The position numbers and the translations under genes are program-made. Positions 37,766-46,960 of a DNA stretch of 64,000 bases are shown in pieces (position 1 is the stretch's first letter; the number at the start of each line of letters is the position of its first letter). The notes under the pieces are model-generated. The model saw only the letters and a program-made list of their open reading frames with translations, did no database searches and was not told where the DNA came from. Source of the DNA: an uncultured Candidatus Bathyarchaeia archaeon (GTDB taxonomy: Archaea > Thermoproteota > Bathyarchaeia > Bathyarchaeales > Bathyarchaeaceae); the NCBI GenBank assembly GCA_964556565.1, contig CAZKWF010000001.1:97035-161034 (forward strand). The letters run 5' to 3'.

Positions 37766-37916
37766 TATTGTCGGAAAACTTTTTCGCCTGTAATGTAATC
37801 GTTTCTTAAGATCACATTCTATTCTTTTGCACACGATTCGACTTTCTTTTCTATGTATCATTGGTAAGTATTGTCTGTTCTGAACCCTTAAGAATTGCTC
37901 ATTAACATTAGAGAAA

Positions 37917-38867
37917 ATGATGGAAGATAGGAAAGAGGGAATCATGGAAGACACCAGTCATGGTATGTCGTTGGAGATGGTAATCCTAGTAATCTGTATG
38001 ATACCTGCCATAGTGTTGGGGACATTCTTAGCCTTATATATGATACTTGAAATAGCCCCTGATTATCCGCCTAGACCTGATATGCAATTAGAGAGATTGT
38101 TACAACCAACTATATGGAATCCCAACGCCACACATGAGTTGCCTTATCAGGATTATGTTACTCCTTTTGATTCTGCAGTTAAGCATTTGTCAGATGGGGT
38201 AGATGGAAAGGTAGCAGCTTACAGAGCAGCGGTAGGTTGGGTGTGGGTTTCTGATGCTACGCTGAATGGTGTGGATGAAAAGTGGCTGATGCCCCACGTC
38301 TTTCTTGTGGACACTCCTAGCTATGATACGAATCCGGCAAAACCAAGGGAGGCGAGTGATTGTGAAGAACAAGCGAACACGTTGGTGTCTCTTTTAAGGG
38401 CTGAGGGTGTTGAAGCGGAGGATGTGAGAGTTGTCTTGGGATTAGTGAATTTTGGGGGAGATGAAGGGGGGCACGCGTGGGTGGAAGTGTATGAGGATGA
38501 TAGATGGCTGGCGTTGGAAGCTACGTCTGGCCCATATTATGATGATGATTCTCAGAGGTTGGTGGAAAGGAGAGGTATGTCTTACAACTACTACGAGACT
38601 CGTTCATATCCCAGCGTGGATATATGGTTCTGCTACAACGACGTTTACTACATAGATTTTGTTCATAGCAAAGAGAAGGCTCCTGATCATTGGTCTTCCT
38701 TACAGGTTGTAGGCAATGATGGTTCTGAGATGAAGGGAGTAGACGTTATGTGTTTCTGTCTAGCACTGTTGATTACCATTTATCTTTCGGAAGCACAAAT
38801 AAGCATAATTGGAGAATTCGCTCCACGGAGAATGAGGGGTAGACTAATAACTCTGACTTACCAGTAA
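37917..38867 (+). CDS. membrane-anchored transglutaminase-like cysteine peptidase domain protein
   Basis: N-terminal TM helix. The core EASDCEEQANTLVSLLRAEGV...GGHAWVEVYEDDRWLALEATSG gives a Cys-His-Asp/Glu triad pattern. There is a C-terminal hydrophobic segment. Confidence 0.7.
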   Translation: MMEDRKEGIMEDTSHGMSLEMVILVICMIPAIVLGTFLALYMILEIAPDYPPRPDMQLERLLQPTIWNPNATHELPYQDYVTPFDSAVKHLSDGVDGKVAAYRAAVGWVWVSDATLNGVDEKWLMPHVFLVDTPSYDTNPAKPREASDCEEQANTLVSLLRAEGVEAEDVRVVLGLVNFGGDEGGHAWVEVYEDDRWLALEATSGPYYDDDSQRLVERRGMSYNYYETRSYPSVDIWFCYNDVYYIDFVHSKEKAPDHWSSLQVVGNDGSEMKGVDVMCFCLALLITIYLSEAQISIIGEFAPRRMRGRLITLTYQ

Positions 38868-39038
38868 GAACCCTTACGCACATTGAGACAAATACTTGGC
38901 AAATGATGGCAACTGATCTTTCACTGCTTTGAAGGCATTTTTCGTTGAAGTTTCTTCTACGAAAAAAGGGGTTTATTAAGAAAGAGAACCCATTTATCCT
39001 AGGAACTACACTTCGTTACAGAAGGCGGGAATATAAAG

Positions 39039-39248
39039 ATGACCAAGACAGGCGATCATGTTAGGTGTCCGCAATGCGGTGGAGACGCACGTGTTGTTTG
39101 GATTTCGCAAGACGAAAAAACTGTGGCAATAAAATGCGCTAGATACCATAGTCAGATAAGTCCTCCTCCCACAAGGTTCAGTTCACATGGCCAAACTAAA
39201 ACTAAGAAAGGAATGGTATTTCTCATAAATGCCACTCAGAAAAAGTGA
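39039..39248 (+). CDS. hypothetical small Cys-containing protein
   Basis: MTKTGDHVRCPQCGGDARVVW...IKCARYH is a possible Zn knuckle. GGCGGGA lies upstream of the ATG. Confidence 0.35.
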   Translation: MTKTGDHVRCPQCGGDARVVWISQDEKTVAIKCARYHSQISPPPTRFSSHGQTKTKKGMVFLINATQKK

Positions 39249-39475
39249 AAACTCGTATAGTTTTACGTGATAGCGTGACAAACAGCTGTTGCTTGTGGCA
39301 GTTCGTGAATCAAGAAACAGATGTTGTCTTACAGCTATTATGTGAGTCGAAGCGAAGGTGCAAATTGAATATTGAAAAAGATGATTGAAATCTGAGTGCC
39401 GAGCAAACCCTAAAACAAATAAACAAACGCAACGAATTTATTTAGGCTGTTTCGTTCACACGACAGGTGTTCTAA

Positions 39476-40237
39476 ATGTTTATAATCTTTATAGTTGGCA
39501 CAGCGGGTTCAGGGAAATCGCTCCTTACTGCTTGCTTCGCTGATTGGCTAAAAATTCAGAAACAAAATGTGGCAACCGTGAATTTAGACCCTGGAGTCCT
39601 TACCTTACCATATACACCGGACATCGACGCCCGCGAATATGTGAGTGTTCAAAGGCTAATGGAAGAATACAAGCTTGGGCCCAACGGCGCACTTGTAATG
39701 GCGGCGGACCTACTCGCAGAAGAAGCGGAAGAGCTTGGACGAGAAATTAGAAATCTTAATTCCGACATGGTTATTGTAGACACTCCGGGTCAAATGGAAC
39801 TTTTTGCCTTCAGGGCTAGTGGACCTTACATTGTAAATGAAATAACTAAGGAGCCTAAAGCGATTATATACCTATTCGACTCCGTATTCTCTGCTAGTCC
39901 CCTTAACTACGTTTCAAACATGTTTTTATCCGCTGCTGTGTACAACCGTTTTTTTGTTCCTCAAACGTATGTGCTGTCGAAATGTGATCTTCTTCCATCT
40001 GAAGACGTAGATCGCATTGTAGACTGGTCGGCTTCTCCTAAGACGTTAGAATTAGCGATCGAGGAAAAGTTGACTGGAACGAGACGTTTACTCAGCCGTG
40101 ACATGATGCACGCTATTTACAGGTTGGGGTTGAGGTTCTTTCTGATACCCGTTTCCGCGAAAACAAACGATGGGCTCATCAACCTTAACACAGCGTTGGA
40201 ACGTATTGCTACAGAAGGAGAAAAATTCACCACATAG
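39476..40237 (+). CDS. GPN-loop GTPase
   Basis: GTAGSGKS P-loop, NLDPG, the KLGPNGALV GPN motif, and DTPGQMELF. Confidence 0.85.
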   Translation: MFIIFIVGTAGSGKSLLTACFADWLKIQKQNVATVNLDPGVLTLPYTPDIDAREYVSVQRLMEEYKLGPNGALVMAADLLAEEAEELGREIRNLNSDMVIVDTPGQMELFAFRASGPYIVNEITKEPKAIIYLFDSVFSASPLNYVSNMFLSAAVYNRFFVPQTYVLSKCDLLPSEDVDRIVDWSASPKTLELAIEEKLTGTRRLLSRDMMHAIYRLGLRFFLIPVSAKTNDGLINLNTALERIATEGEKFTT

Positions 40238-40336
40238 GTGAGAAGAAACGACAAAAACTAAAACCCCAGTAGCTGTACACTATTCTGTATCCTTGGCATA
40301 GATTGTTGGCTTGAAAATCGTTGCAGGAGAGGATGT

Positions 40337-40726
40337 CTACTTAGCCATTTCTTTAAACTTGAGGTATATTGCGGAGAAAATTGCTCCGATGCATGTTATT
40401 ATTGCGCCTATTAGAGCGACGTATATTCCGTAGGATACCAGACCTGATGTGTTGAAGAACGAGTGAATCACGCTGAATATTATAAGTAGGCTTCCAGCTG
40501 CCATAAGCACTGGGCTTGCGTTGAGGGATCGGGGCATTATTAGGACGAAGAGACTGGCCAATATCATTACGCAACCATAAACAGCCCATGTAGCACCACC
40601 TGTCATAATTCCAGCAGTGTGGCCTTCCCACGGGAGAAGCAGTCCTCCAAATGACAAGATGAAACCCATTACACCCAAAATCGTGGTACACATCCAGAAA
40701 GCTAAGGCAGCATACTCATTTGTCAT
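40337..40726 (-). CDS. small membrane protein (4 TM)
   Basis: The 129-aa product has four hydrophobic helices. I recognise no family. Confidence 0.5.
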   Translation of the reverse strand: MTNEYAALAFWMCTTILGVMGFILSFGGLLLPWEGHTAGIMTGGATWAVYGCVMILASLFVLIMPRSLNASPVLMAAGSLLIIFSVIHSFFNTSGLVSYGIYVALIGAIITCIGAIFSAIYLKFKEMAK

Positions 40727-40922
40727 GTTTATTCACAAGTTGTTAAACATTAGTTGCACTTTTAAGTCTTTATAAGGTTATTTTCTAGAAGCAAACTACA
40801 CAACGGCGACTTCGAATAACTTGTGATTCAGATATTTCCTGCATCCTTTTTATTTGACTTCTGAAACCCTAGTACATTGAAGTTTGGTTCAGGCGTTTCG
40901 AGATTACAAGTAACAGAAACCC

Positions 40923-40931
40923 TTAATTTAA
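40923..40931 (+). promoter_or_regulatory. TATA-like element upstream of tRNA-Lys
   Basis: TTAATTTAA is centred about 28 nt upstream of the first tRNA nucleotide (40955). Confidence 0.3.
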
Positions 40932-40954
40932 TCTTTAATGGTGAAGGTAAAAGA

Positions 40955-41049
40955 GGGCCCGTAGCTCAGCAAGGATAGAGTTCAAAAGCGTCTACAGCAC
41001 CGGGCTTTTAACCCGGGGGTCTCGGGTTCAATTCCCGACGGGCCCGCCA
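40955..41049 (+). tRNA. tRNA-Lys (anticodon UUU) with a 17-nt intron in the D-arm; CCA encoded
   Basis: Acceptor GGGCCCG/CGGGCCC. Anticodon arm CCGGG-CTTTTAA-CCCGG. T-arm TCGGG-TTCAATT-CCCGA. The D-stem 3' strand GAGC is interrupted: ..ATAGAG[ttcaaaagcgtctacag]CA.. (about 40981-40997). The boundary is ambiguous by up to 2 nt because AG is repeated. Confidence 0.8.
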
Positions 41050-41051
41050 CT

Positions 41052-41495
41052 ATGTCTATGGAGTTCTCAGCTTTGAGGAGCAACGTAAAAAAGTCAACAG
41101 TTTCTCTAATGAGATGCGTGATTGTTATGGGAGGATGGACATGTCCGAATCCCAAGTGCCTGTATGACGGGGAGATACATGCTGATGAGTGTTGTCCTCT
41201 CTGTGGAGCTGAGGCTAGAGAGTTTGATTTTGTGGCGCTTGGTAAATTGTTGAAAGAAAAACGGAACGTTGCGAAACTGAAAAGAGAAGAGAAGAATATA
41301 GAGCATGCGATGAAGCGTGTCAAGTTTTGCCCTAAGTGTGGTTCAACCGATGTGTTTTGGGCGTCTGGTCTACCACAACTATGGTCTACTTGGGACTGTA
41401 GAAGATGCGGTTATCGAGGACCACTAATTCTGGAGGACAGTGAGATGGCGGCTAAGCTTAGAGATTTTTATTCCAAGAAAAAAGTTTCTCAGTAG
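41052..41495 (+). CDS. double zinc-ribbon protein
   Basis: WTCPNPKCLYDGEIHADECCPLCG and KFCPKCGSTDVFW..WDCRRCGYRG. The true start is probably an internal Met (41109 or 41127), because 41052 lies 3 nt after the tRNA. Confidence 0.5.
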   Translation: MSMEFSALRSNVKKSTVSLMRCVIVMGGWTCPNPKCLYDGEIHADECCPLCGAEAREFDFVALGKLLKEKRNVAKLKREEKNIEHAMKRVKFCPKCGSTDVFWASGLPQLWSTWDCRRCGYRGPLILEDSEMAAKLRDFYSKKKVSQ

Positions 41496-41555
41496 AAGCG
41501 GGATATTTGCTTGACAAAATTTAAGTAGAACTCTTCTTTCTTTATGGAATTTGAT

Positions 41556-41633
41556 GCCCTGGTAGTATAGTCCGGTCTAGTATAGGCGGCTGTCGCCCGC
41601 CCGACCCGGGTTCAAATCCCGGCCAGGGCGCCA
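41556..41633 (+). tRNA. tRNA-Asp (anticodon GUC), CCA encoded
   Basis: Acceptor GCCCTGG/CCAGGGC. Anticodon arm GGCGG-CTGTCGC-CCGCC. T-arm CCGGG-TTCAAAT-CCCGG. Discriminator G, then CCA. Confidence 0.85.
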
Positions 41634-41666
41634 CTAACCTACGCAGTCCACGTTGGAATTTTCATG

Positions 41667-42113
41667 TTAGGGGTTTATTTGAACTTCCATTTGGTGACTA
41701 GTTACGTCTGGACGACCTTTGACAGCTAACACTCCTTTCATCTTCCAAGTGTTAGTTGCATTTTTGCCCTGATAACTTGGTGGAACACCCTGTGGCAGAT
41801 TTATGCTGAAGGGGAAGTCTTTTCTAAATCCATCTGTAACATGCATTCTTCCTGCTATCGCTGTTTTTCCTTCATGTATTCTATTGGTTTGCCGAGCTGT
41901 CACAGTTCTTTGGGTTCCTTCTATGTCTATGCTCTGTGTTGCACATGTCCACTCGGTTGCTTCAAATTCAATTCTTATCTCATCTACGTCAAAATCCTCA
42001 GATGACGACACGTTAACAGTGCCTGTCAATGGGGCTCTTAGACTAAATTCACCTTTTTCGAGTGTTATAGAAATGGTAGCTTTAGGTGTCTTTAACCGTT
42101 TAAACAAGCCCAT
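41667..42113 (-). CDS. SpoOM/arrestin-like beta-sandwich protein
   Basis: MGLFKRLKTPKATISITLEKGEFSLRAPLTGTVNVSSSEDFDVDEIRIEF resembles the Spo0M-family N-terminus. It is shorter than the bacterial homologs. Confidence 0.55.
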   Translation of the reverse strand: MGLFKRLKTPKATISITLEKGEFSLRAPLTGTVNVSSSEDFDVDEIRIEFEATEWTCATQSIDIEGTQRTVTARQTNRIHEGKTAIAGRMHVTDGFRKDFPFSINLPQGVPPSYQGKNATNTWKMKGVLAVKGRPDVTSHQMEVQINP

Positions 42114-42447
42114 GAACCATCCCCACTATTCCTCTTCCAAATGGACAATTTATAACCTTTACTTAACTCCAATCCTTCCAGAATGCTTATCCAAAATCAC
42201 AATACACTCCAATCCTGCTGCATTCTCTCAAATAGCTCCCCTCCATCTACTATCTCCAAACTCATTTCTACATAAAACTTGGTCAGACCACTGCTAAACT
42301 ATACAATTCAACTTATCGCACCCAAATTCTCCGATTTCTGTCATAACGCGACAAGTTACGAATATGGGAATGTGTAAGGACGGGAAATAACACCATTAAA
42401 ACAGCCTACAATAATTATCTTTGAAGCCTAAGTGGAGAAATGAAACA

Positions 42448-42681
42448 ATGGTTAAGCTAAACACGAAAGGCAGACCATTGATCATCATGATAAACGGAGA
42501 ATTATACGGCATCGAAGAAATCTCAGAAATCGACCCTACATATAACCAGAGAAAGAAAACAAAGTTTTTCACAATAAAAGCAACAAACATAACTGGTCAA
42601 AGGAAACTAACAATAAGCTTAGACCTCCGCCTACTTGATGTCGTAAAACAAGAAAACGGAGACATATCCTACATACGCTAA
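42448..42681 (+). CDS. hypothetical small protein
   Basis: The track ORF begins at the TTG at 42421. The ATG at 42448 has GTGGAG upstream. No family recognised. Confidence 0.3.
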   Translation: MVKLNTKGRPLIIMINGELYGIEEISEIDPTYNQRKKTKFFTIKATNITGQRKLTISLDLRLLDVVKQENGDISYIR

Positions 42682-42763
42682 CTAAAGCATATAAACCACT
42701 TCGCAAATCTCCAAATTCTAGAATAGAAGCATCAAATTTTTATTAGTGCAAACTGAAATCTAA

Positions 42764-43360
42764 TTGCGAAGTGATAAATTGTGGCGTGAATTGTTAGTGA
42801 ATTATACGCCATTCCTTCTGATTGTAGGAGGTATCGCTGCAACTTCTTGGGTACTGGAAAAACTGGTGAGACGCACACCCATCTTTGGAAAGCCGTTGCG
42901 CTGGCTCGTAAAAATCGTATCCGGTCTTGGATTCATCATAGGAATCCTCTCAATGGCCACGGGGATACTTGTCTGGGCTGTGCAAGGTTGGGATTCAGTC
43001 ACACAAACCCTCTTGATCGTCACTGGAATAGCACTGTTTCTAAAGCCTATCAAAGATATTCGTTGGGCATCACTCATCGGACTAGCAGCGGGTTGCTTGT
43101 GCCTCGGATATGTTATGTTACTCAACCCTTTGCCGCCAAGTATTTTTGGCATTGAATCAAAATGGATATACGCAGTGATTTTCCTTGTTCCAACACTGTT
43201 CACATACCTTCTCTTCAGGTTCGTTGAGGACTTGCTAACATTCATCGGAACAATTCTATCATTTAGACTTGTAGCAATCACTATTGGAACGTTGTGCATT
43301 ATACAAGGTGTTCTTCTACTTTTAGATCGAAGCCTGTTTGAAATCTTTCAAACATTATAA
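42764..43360 (+). CDS. membrane protein (5-6 TM)
   Basis: TTG start and a hydrophobic helix pattern. The antisense ORF 42802..43299 is judged a shadow. Confidence 0.5.
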   Translation: MRSDKLWRELLVNYTPFLLIVGGIAATSWVLEKLVRRTPIFGKPLRWLVKIVSGLGFIIGILSMATGILVWAVQGWDSVTQTLLIVTGIALFLKPIKDIRWASLIGLAAGCLCLGYVMLLNPLPPSIFGIESKWIYAVIFLVPTLFTYLLFRFVEDLLTFIGTILSFRLVAITIGTLCIIQGVLLLLDRSLFEIFQTL

Positions 43361-43419
43361 TGTGATTTCGGAAAAAACAAAAAAGAAAAAAGAGGGTTTT
43401 AGAGTCGATGGCAGTTAAC

Positions 43420-44736
43420 TCATCCTTTCTTGGTGATCTCTTTAATCACCCCAGCGGCGACAGTAGTTCCCATATCACGTACCGCAAATCGTCCAAGCTC
43501 AGGAAAATCAGAGTAAGCTTCAACGGCTATTGGATGAAGCGGTTCAAGTCGAACGATTGCACCGTCTCCAGTCTTCAAGAAAGCTGGCTTTTCCTCGACA
43601 GTCTGTCCTGTACGCGGGTCCAGTTTCTTAATCAACTCTACAAAGCGGCATGCAACCTGACTGGTGTGAGAGTGTAACACTGGAGAATATCCGGCAGCAA
43701 TGGCTGTTGGATGGTAAATGACGATTATTTGTCCGATGAATTCTTTGGCAACAGTTGGTGGCTTGTCGGGATGTCCGCCTACGTCTCCTCTTCGGATGTC
43801 TTTTTGAGCTATACCTCGGATGTTAAATCCTATGTTGTCGCCAGGTTCAGCTTTGGGCATCCTAACGTGGTGTGTTTCGATGGATTTGACTTCTCCTTTG
43901 ACATTCGATGGCATGAATACAAGTGTGTCGCCTTCTTTCAACACGCCAGTTTCTACTCTTCCAACAGGGACTGTTCCAACTCCAGTAATTGTGTAAACGT
44001 CTTGCACTGGAAGGCGGAGTGGTTTCTTAATAGGCTTAGGAGACACTTCGAGCTTGTCAAGAGCCTCGAAGAGTGTTGGGCCTTTGTACCAAGGCATTTT
44101 TTCGCTATGTTTAACAAGATTGTCGCCGGTCCATCCAGATGTGGGTACAAACGGAATCTTCTCAACGTTGTATCCGACTATCTTGAGCATTCTGGAAATT
44201 TCATTTTTAATCTCCTCGTATCTCTCTTGGTTCCAGTTTACTGTTGCATCATCCATCTTATTGATGGCCACAACAAGCTGGCTTATTCCCAGCGTGAAGG
44301 CGAGGAAAGCGTGTTCTCTGGTTTGCCCGCCTGTACCGATTCCTGCCTCAAATTCTCCTCGCTTTGCGGAGACAAAGAGGAAGGCTGCGTCGGCTTGGCT
44401 AGCTCCTGTGATCATGTTTTTTACGAAGTCACGGTGTCCAGGCGCGTCGATGACGGTGAAGAAGTATTTTGGGGTTTCGAATTTTAGGAAGGCGAGGTCA
44501 ATGGTTAGTCCTCGTTCTCGTTCTTCTTTCAGTTTGTCGAGAACCCAAGCGAATTTGAAGGTTTCTTTGCCTAGTTTTTTTGCTTCTTCTTCATATGATT
44601 TTGTGGTTCGTTCGTCAATGGTTCCGGTGAGGTAGAAGAGGTGTCCTACACTTGTGGATTTTCCGTGGTCTACGTGTCCGATGACTATGAGGTTTAGGTG
44701 GGGTTTTTCGGTTTTGCTCATTTCCGTTTTCTCCAA
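43420..44736 (-). CDS. tuf: translation elongation factor EF-1 alpha
   Basis: [21 protein letters not shown] and the full-length archaeal aEF1A pattern. Confidence 0.95.
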   Translation of the reverse strand: MEKTEMSKTEKPHLNLIVIGHVDHGKSTSVGHLFYLTGTIDERTTKSYEEEAKKLGKETFKFAWVLDKLKEERERGLTIDLAFLKFETPKYFFTVIDAPGHRDFVKNMITGASQADAAFLFVSAKRGEFEAGIGTGGQTREHAFLAFTLGISQLVVAINKMDDATVNWNQERYEEIKNEISRMLKIVGYNVEKIPFVPTSGWTGDNLVKHSEKMPWYKGPTLFEALDKLEVSPKPIKKPLRLPVQDVYTITGVGTVPVGRVETGVLKEGDTLVFMPSNVKGEVKSIETHHVRMPKAEPGDNIGFNIRGIAQKDIRRGDVGGHPDKPPTVAKEFIGQIIVIYHPTAIAAGYSPVLHSHTSQVACRFVELIKKLDPRTGQTVEEKPAFLKTGDGAIVRLEPLHPIAVEAYSDFPELGRFAVRDMGTTVAAGVIKEITKKG

Positions 44737-44925
44737 ATTTATTTTTGCTTATTTTCCTTTTTAGTTGTAGTGAAATTCGTTAGTAGAGACTGTCTGTTCC
44801 ATTAGATAAAGTTTTTGAATAGAAATATTTTTCGTAAGGGCATGCATGCATTTTTGGCTTGGGCAATACGCTTAAAAGATAATAACATCATTGCGCTGAT
44901 TTATAGATGTGGATGCGGTTGTGTT

Positions 44926-46101
44926 ATGCCGGCGAATCTTCCCGCAGAGGCGAAGCATAAATGGAGTGAAGTTTCATCAGCAAGGACGCCTCAAGAAAAG
45001 ATTCAAACGCTGAAAGAGTTTTTGAGTTTAGTTCCGAAACACAAAGGCACAGCCCGCCTCCGTGCTCAAGCAAAACGCCAAATCGCCACTCTGCGAAGAG
45101 AAATCGAGGAAAGAAAGCAGAGAAGAATTGGGAAGGGTGGATCAAAATTCTTTATCGAGAAAGAAGGCGCAGCGCAAATTGTAGTTTTAGGTCCAACGAA
45201 CGTGGGTCGAAGCAGCTTGTTGGCTTCGATCACGAACGCAAAAGTTGCGGTTTCAGGTTATCCATTTACGACACTACAACCCGTGCCAGGAATGTTCCAA
45301 TATGAAAATCTACAATTTCAGATAGTTGAAGCCCCGCCATTAATAGAAGGTTCAGCTGACGGCGAAGCATGGGGCCTACAGACGTTAGCACTAGCTCGCA
45401 ACGCCGACGGACTAATTCTAATGGTTGACCTGTCACAAAACCCCAGTAAACAACTGTCTCTGATTTTAAGCGAACTAGAAAAAGCAAAAATTCTCACTCA
45501 AAAGCCTCGTGCACGAGTAGACATTGAACGAAAACACGTGGGCATGGGTCTCAAAATCCACGTGCTAGGTCGACTAACCGACTGCACCGTAAAAGATGTG
45601 GAACAACTACTGAAAAGCTACCGAATCTCAGACGGAACAGTGAAAATCTATGGTGAAACAACCCTAAATGATGTAGAAGACGCTGTTTTCGAAAGCACGG
45701 TGTATCGACCTGCAATAATCGTTGCCAATAAAGCGGATGCTCCTAATGTGATGAGAAAAATGAAGAAACTGAGCAGTCTCGCAGGTGCTCAGACAAGAAG
45801 CATCCTGATTTCCTGCAAAAACCAGAATGGCTTAAAAAAATTGGGAGTAGAACTATTCAGGGCGCTGAACATAATCCGCGTCTACACGAAGGAGCCAAAC
45901 AAGAGAGAGCCTTCTTCAAGGCCGTTCATCCTCAAAAAGGGAGCCATGATTCGAGATTTGGCAAAACAAATACACAGCGACTTCTACGAACAATTCAATT
46001 ATGCAAAAGTGTGGGCTAAACGTCTACCCTTCAGCCCTCAAAAAGTTGGATCATCCTTCGTTCTAGAAGATGAAGACATCGTAGAGATACACATAAAATA
46101 A
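44926..46101 (+). CDS. DRG-type Obg-family GTPase with C-terminal TGS domain
   Basis: VLGPTNVGRSSLL (G1), YPFTT (G2), ANKAD (G4), and a C-terminal TGS-like RVYTKEP...GDIVEI-type segment. The Met at 44926 fits the family N-terminus (MPANLPAEAKHKW). The track TTG start at 44815 is unlikely. Confidence 0.85.
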   Translation: MPANLPAEAKHKWSEVSSARTPQEKIQTLKEFLSLVPKHKGTARLRAQAKRQIATLRREIEERKQRRIGKGGSKFFIEKEGAAQIVVLGPTNVGRSSLLASITNAKVAVSGYPFTTLQPVPGMFQYENLQFQIVEAPPLIEGSADGEAWGLQTLALARNADGLILMVDLSQNPSKQLSLILSELEKAKILTQKPRARVDIERKHVGMGLKIHVLGRLTDCTVKDVEQLLKSYRISDGTVKIYGETTLNDVEDAVFESTVYRPAIIVANKADAPNVMRKMKKLSSLAGAQTRSILISCKNQNGLKKLGVELFRALNIIRVYTKEPNKREPSSRPFILKKGAMIRDLAKQIHSDFYEQFNYAKVWAKRLPFSPQKVGSSFVLEDEDIVEIHIK

Positions 46102-46118
46102 AGTTTCGAAATCTTGTT

Positions 46119-46694
46119 TTAACGAGACGACATCGCTACTCTTTCCACTTCATGACGTTTTGCTACTGCTTTACTCTTCGAATCATTATTTGCCGCCAAG
46201 ACTAGCTCTTCTGCAAGCCACTCTTCGAGGGGGCGGGGATTGCCAAACGTTGCTTTTCTGGCTCCTTCCGAAAGAAAACGTAGAGCCAAGTCCACTCGTC
46301 TCTGAGGGGAGATGTCCACTGCCATGTGATAAGTCACACCACCGTAACCGATCCTTGTAGTGTCCTCGCAAGGTGCTGAATTTTCAACAGCTCTGACAAG
46401 AATTTGTATAGGATTTTGTCCAGTGCGAAGATGAATAATCTCGAAAGCATTTCTCAGCACATTAATAGCTCTCGCTTTTTTCCCAGCAGTCATTCCTGGC
46501 CGCATGAGATTGTTCAAAAATCTCTCCACAATGTTGACTTCAGCCTTGCGAAATCTTCCGTGTTCGTGTCGTCCCATGCTGTGGGGGACATAAATGGGTT
46601 TGAGAGAGATGTAGTCTTTGATGCCTGGGTTTTCTACTTTGATTTCGTCAAAACTCCATTTTTCGAATAGTTTGATTTCTTGTTTCTGGCTCAA
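46119..46694 (-). CDS. rps7: 30S ribosomal protein S7 (uS7)
   Basis: KLFEKWSFDEIKVENPGIKDYISL...NIVERFLNNLMRPG matches archaeal S7. TTG start with GGTGG 8 nt upstream. Confidence 0.9.
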   Translation of the reverse strand: MSQKQEIKLFEKWSFDEIKVENPGIKDYISLKPIYVPHSMGRHEHGRFRKAEVNIVERFLNNLMRPGMTAGKKARAINVLRNAFEIIHLRTGQNPIQILVRAVENSAPCEDTTRIGYGGVTYHMAVDISPQRRVDLALRFLSEGARKATFGNPRPLEEWLAEELVLAANNDSKSKAVAKRHEVERVAMSSR

Positions 46695-46734
46695 CTACGT
46701 GCCACCTTGACAAACGTCTTGGGTTGGGAGGGCG

Positions 46735-46742
46735 TATTTAAA
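46735..46742 (-). promoter_or_regulatory. TATA box (TTTAAATA on the minus strand) upstream of rps7
   Basis: Located ~45 nt upstream of the TTG start, leaving room for a short SD-containing leader. Confidence 0.3.
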
Positions 46743-46960
46743 CATTATTGAGATGAGCTGGTTACTCTGGAGATTCATAGCGGCTATGATTTTCCGTATT
46801 CAAGCTTCAGCTTATGTTTCACTTATCAAATGGATTCGTAGATATAGAACGAGAATGGCTGCTGAAACTGGGATACCCAATCTCAAAATAGCTGCAGTCA
46901 AAATAACATATTAAACAAACACAGCAGATAATAAGCCACATATCAGCAAAGGTGAAAAAC

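Noticed and set aside
39380-39400. GATGATTGAAATCTGAG, a possible C'/D' or kink-turn element
   Set aside because: The boxes are in the wrong order and too close together. No matching terminal C and D boxes were found.
40982-41323. 113-aa minus-strand ORF overlapping tRNA-Lys and the zinc-ribbon gene
   Set aside because: It starts within the tRNA and runs antisense to a frame with two complete Cys4 ribbons. Judged spurious.
41536-41546. TTTCTTTATGG upstream of tRNA-Asp as a TATA box
   Set aside because: It is centred only ~15 nt from the mature 5' end, which is too close for a standard archaeal promoter. The tRNA may be co-transcribed with the upstream gene.
43711-44635. Two long plus-strand ORFs (258 aa and 193 aa) overlapping the EF-1alpha gene
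   Set aside because: EF-1alpha on the minus strand is unambiguous. The antisense frames have odd composition (Cys/Phe/Ser-rich) and no recognisable motifs, so they are typical shadow ORFs.
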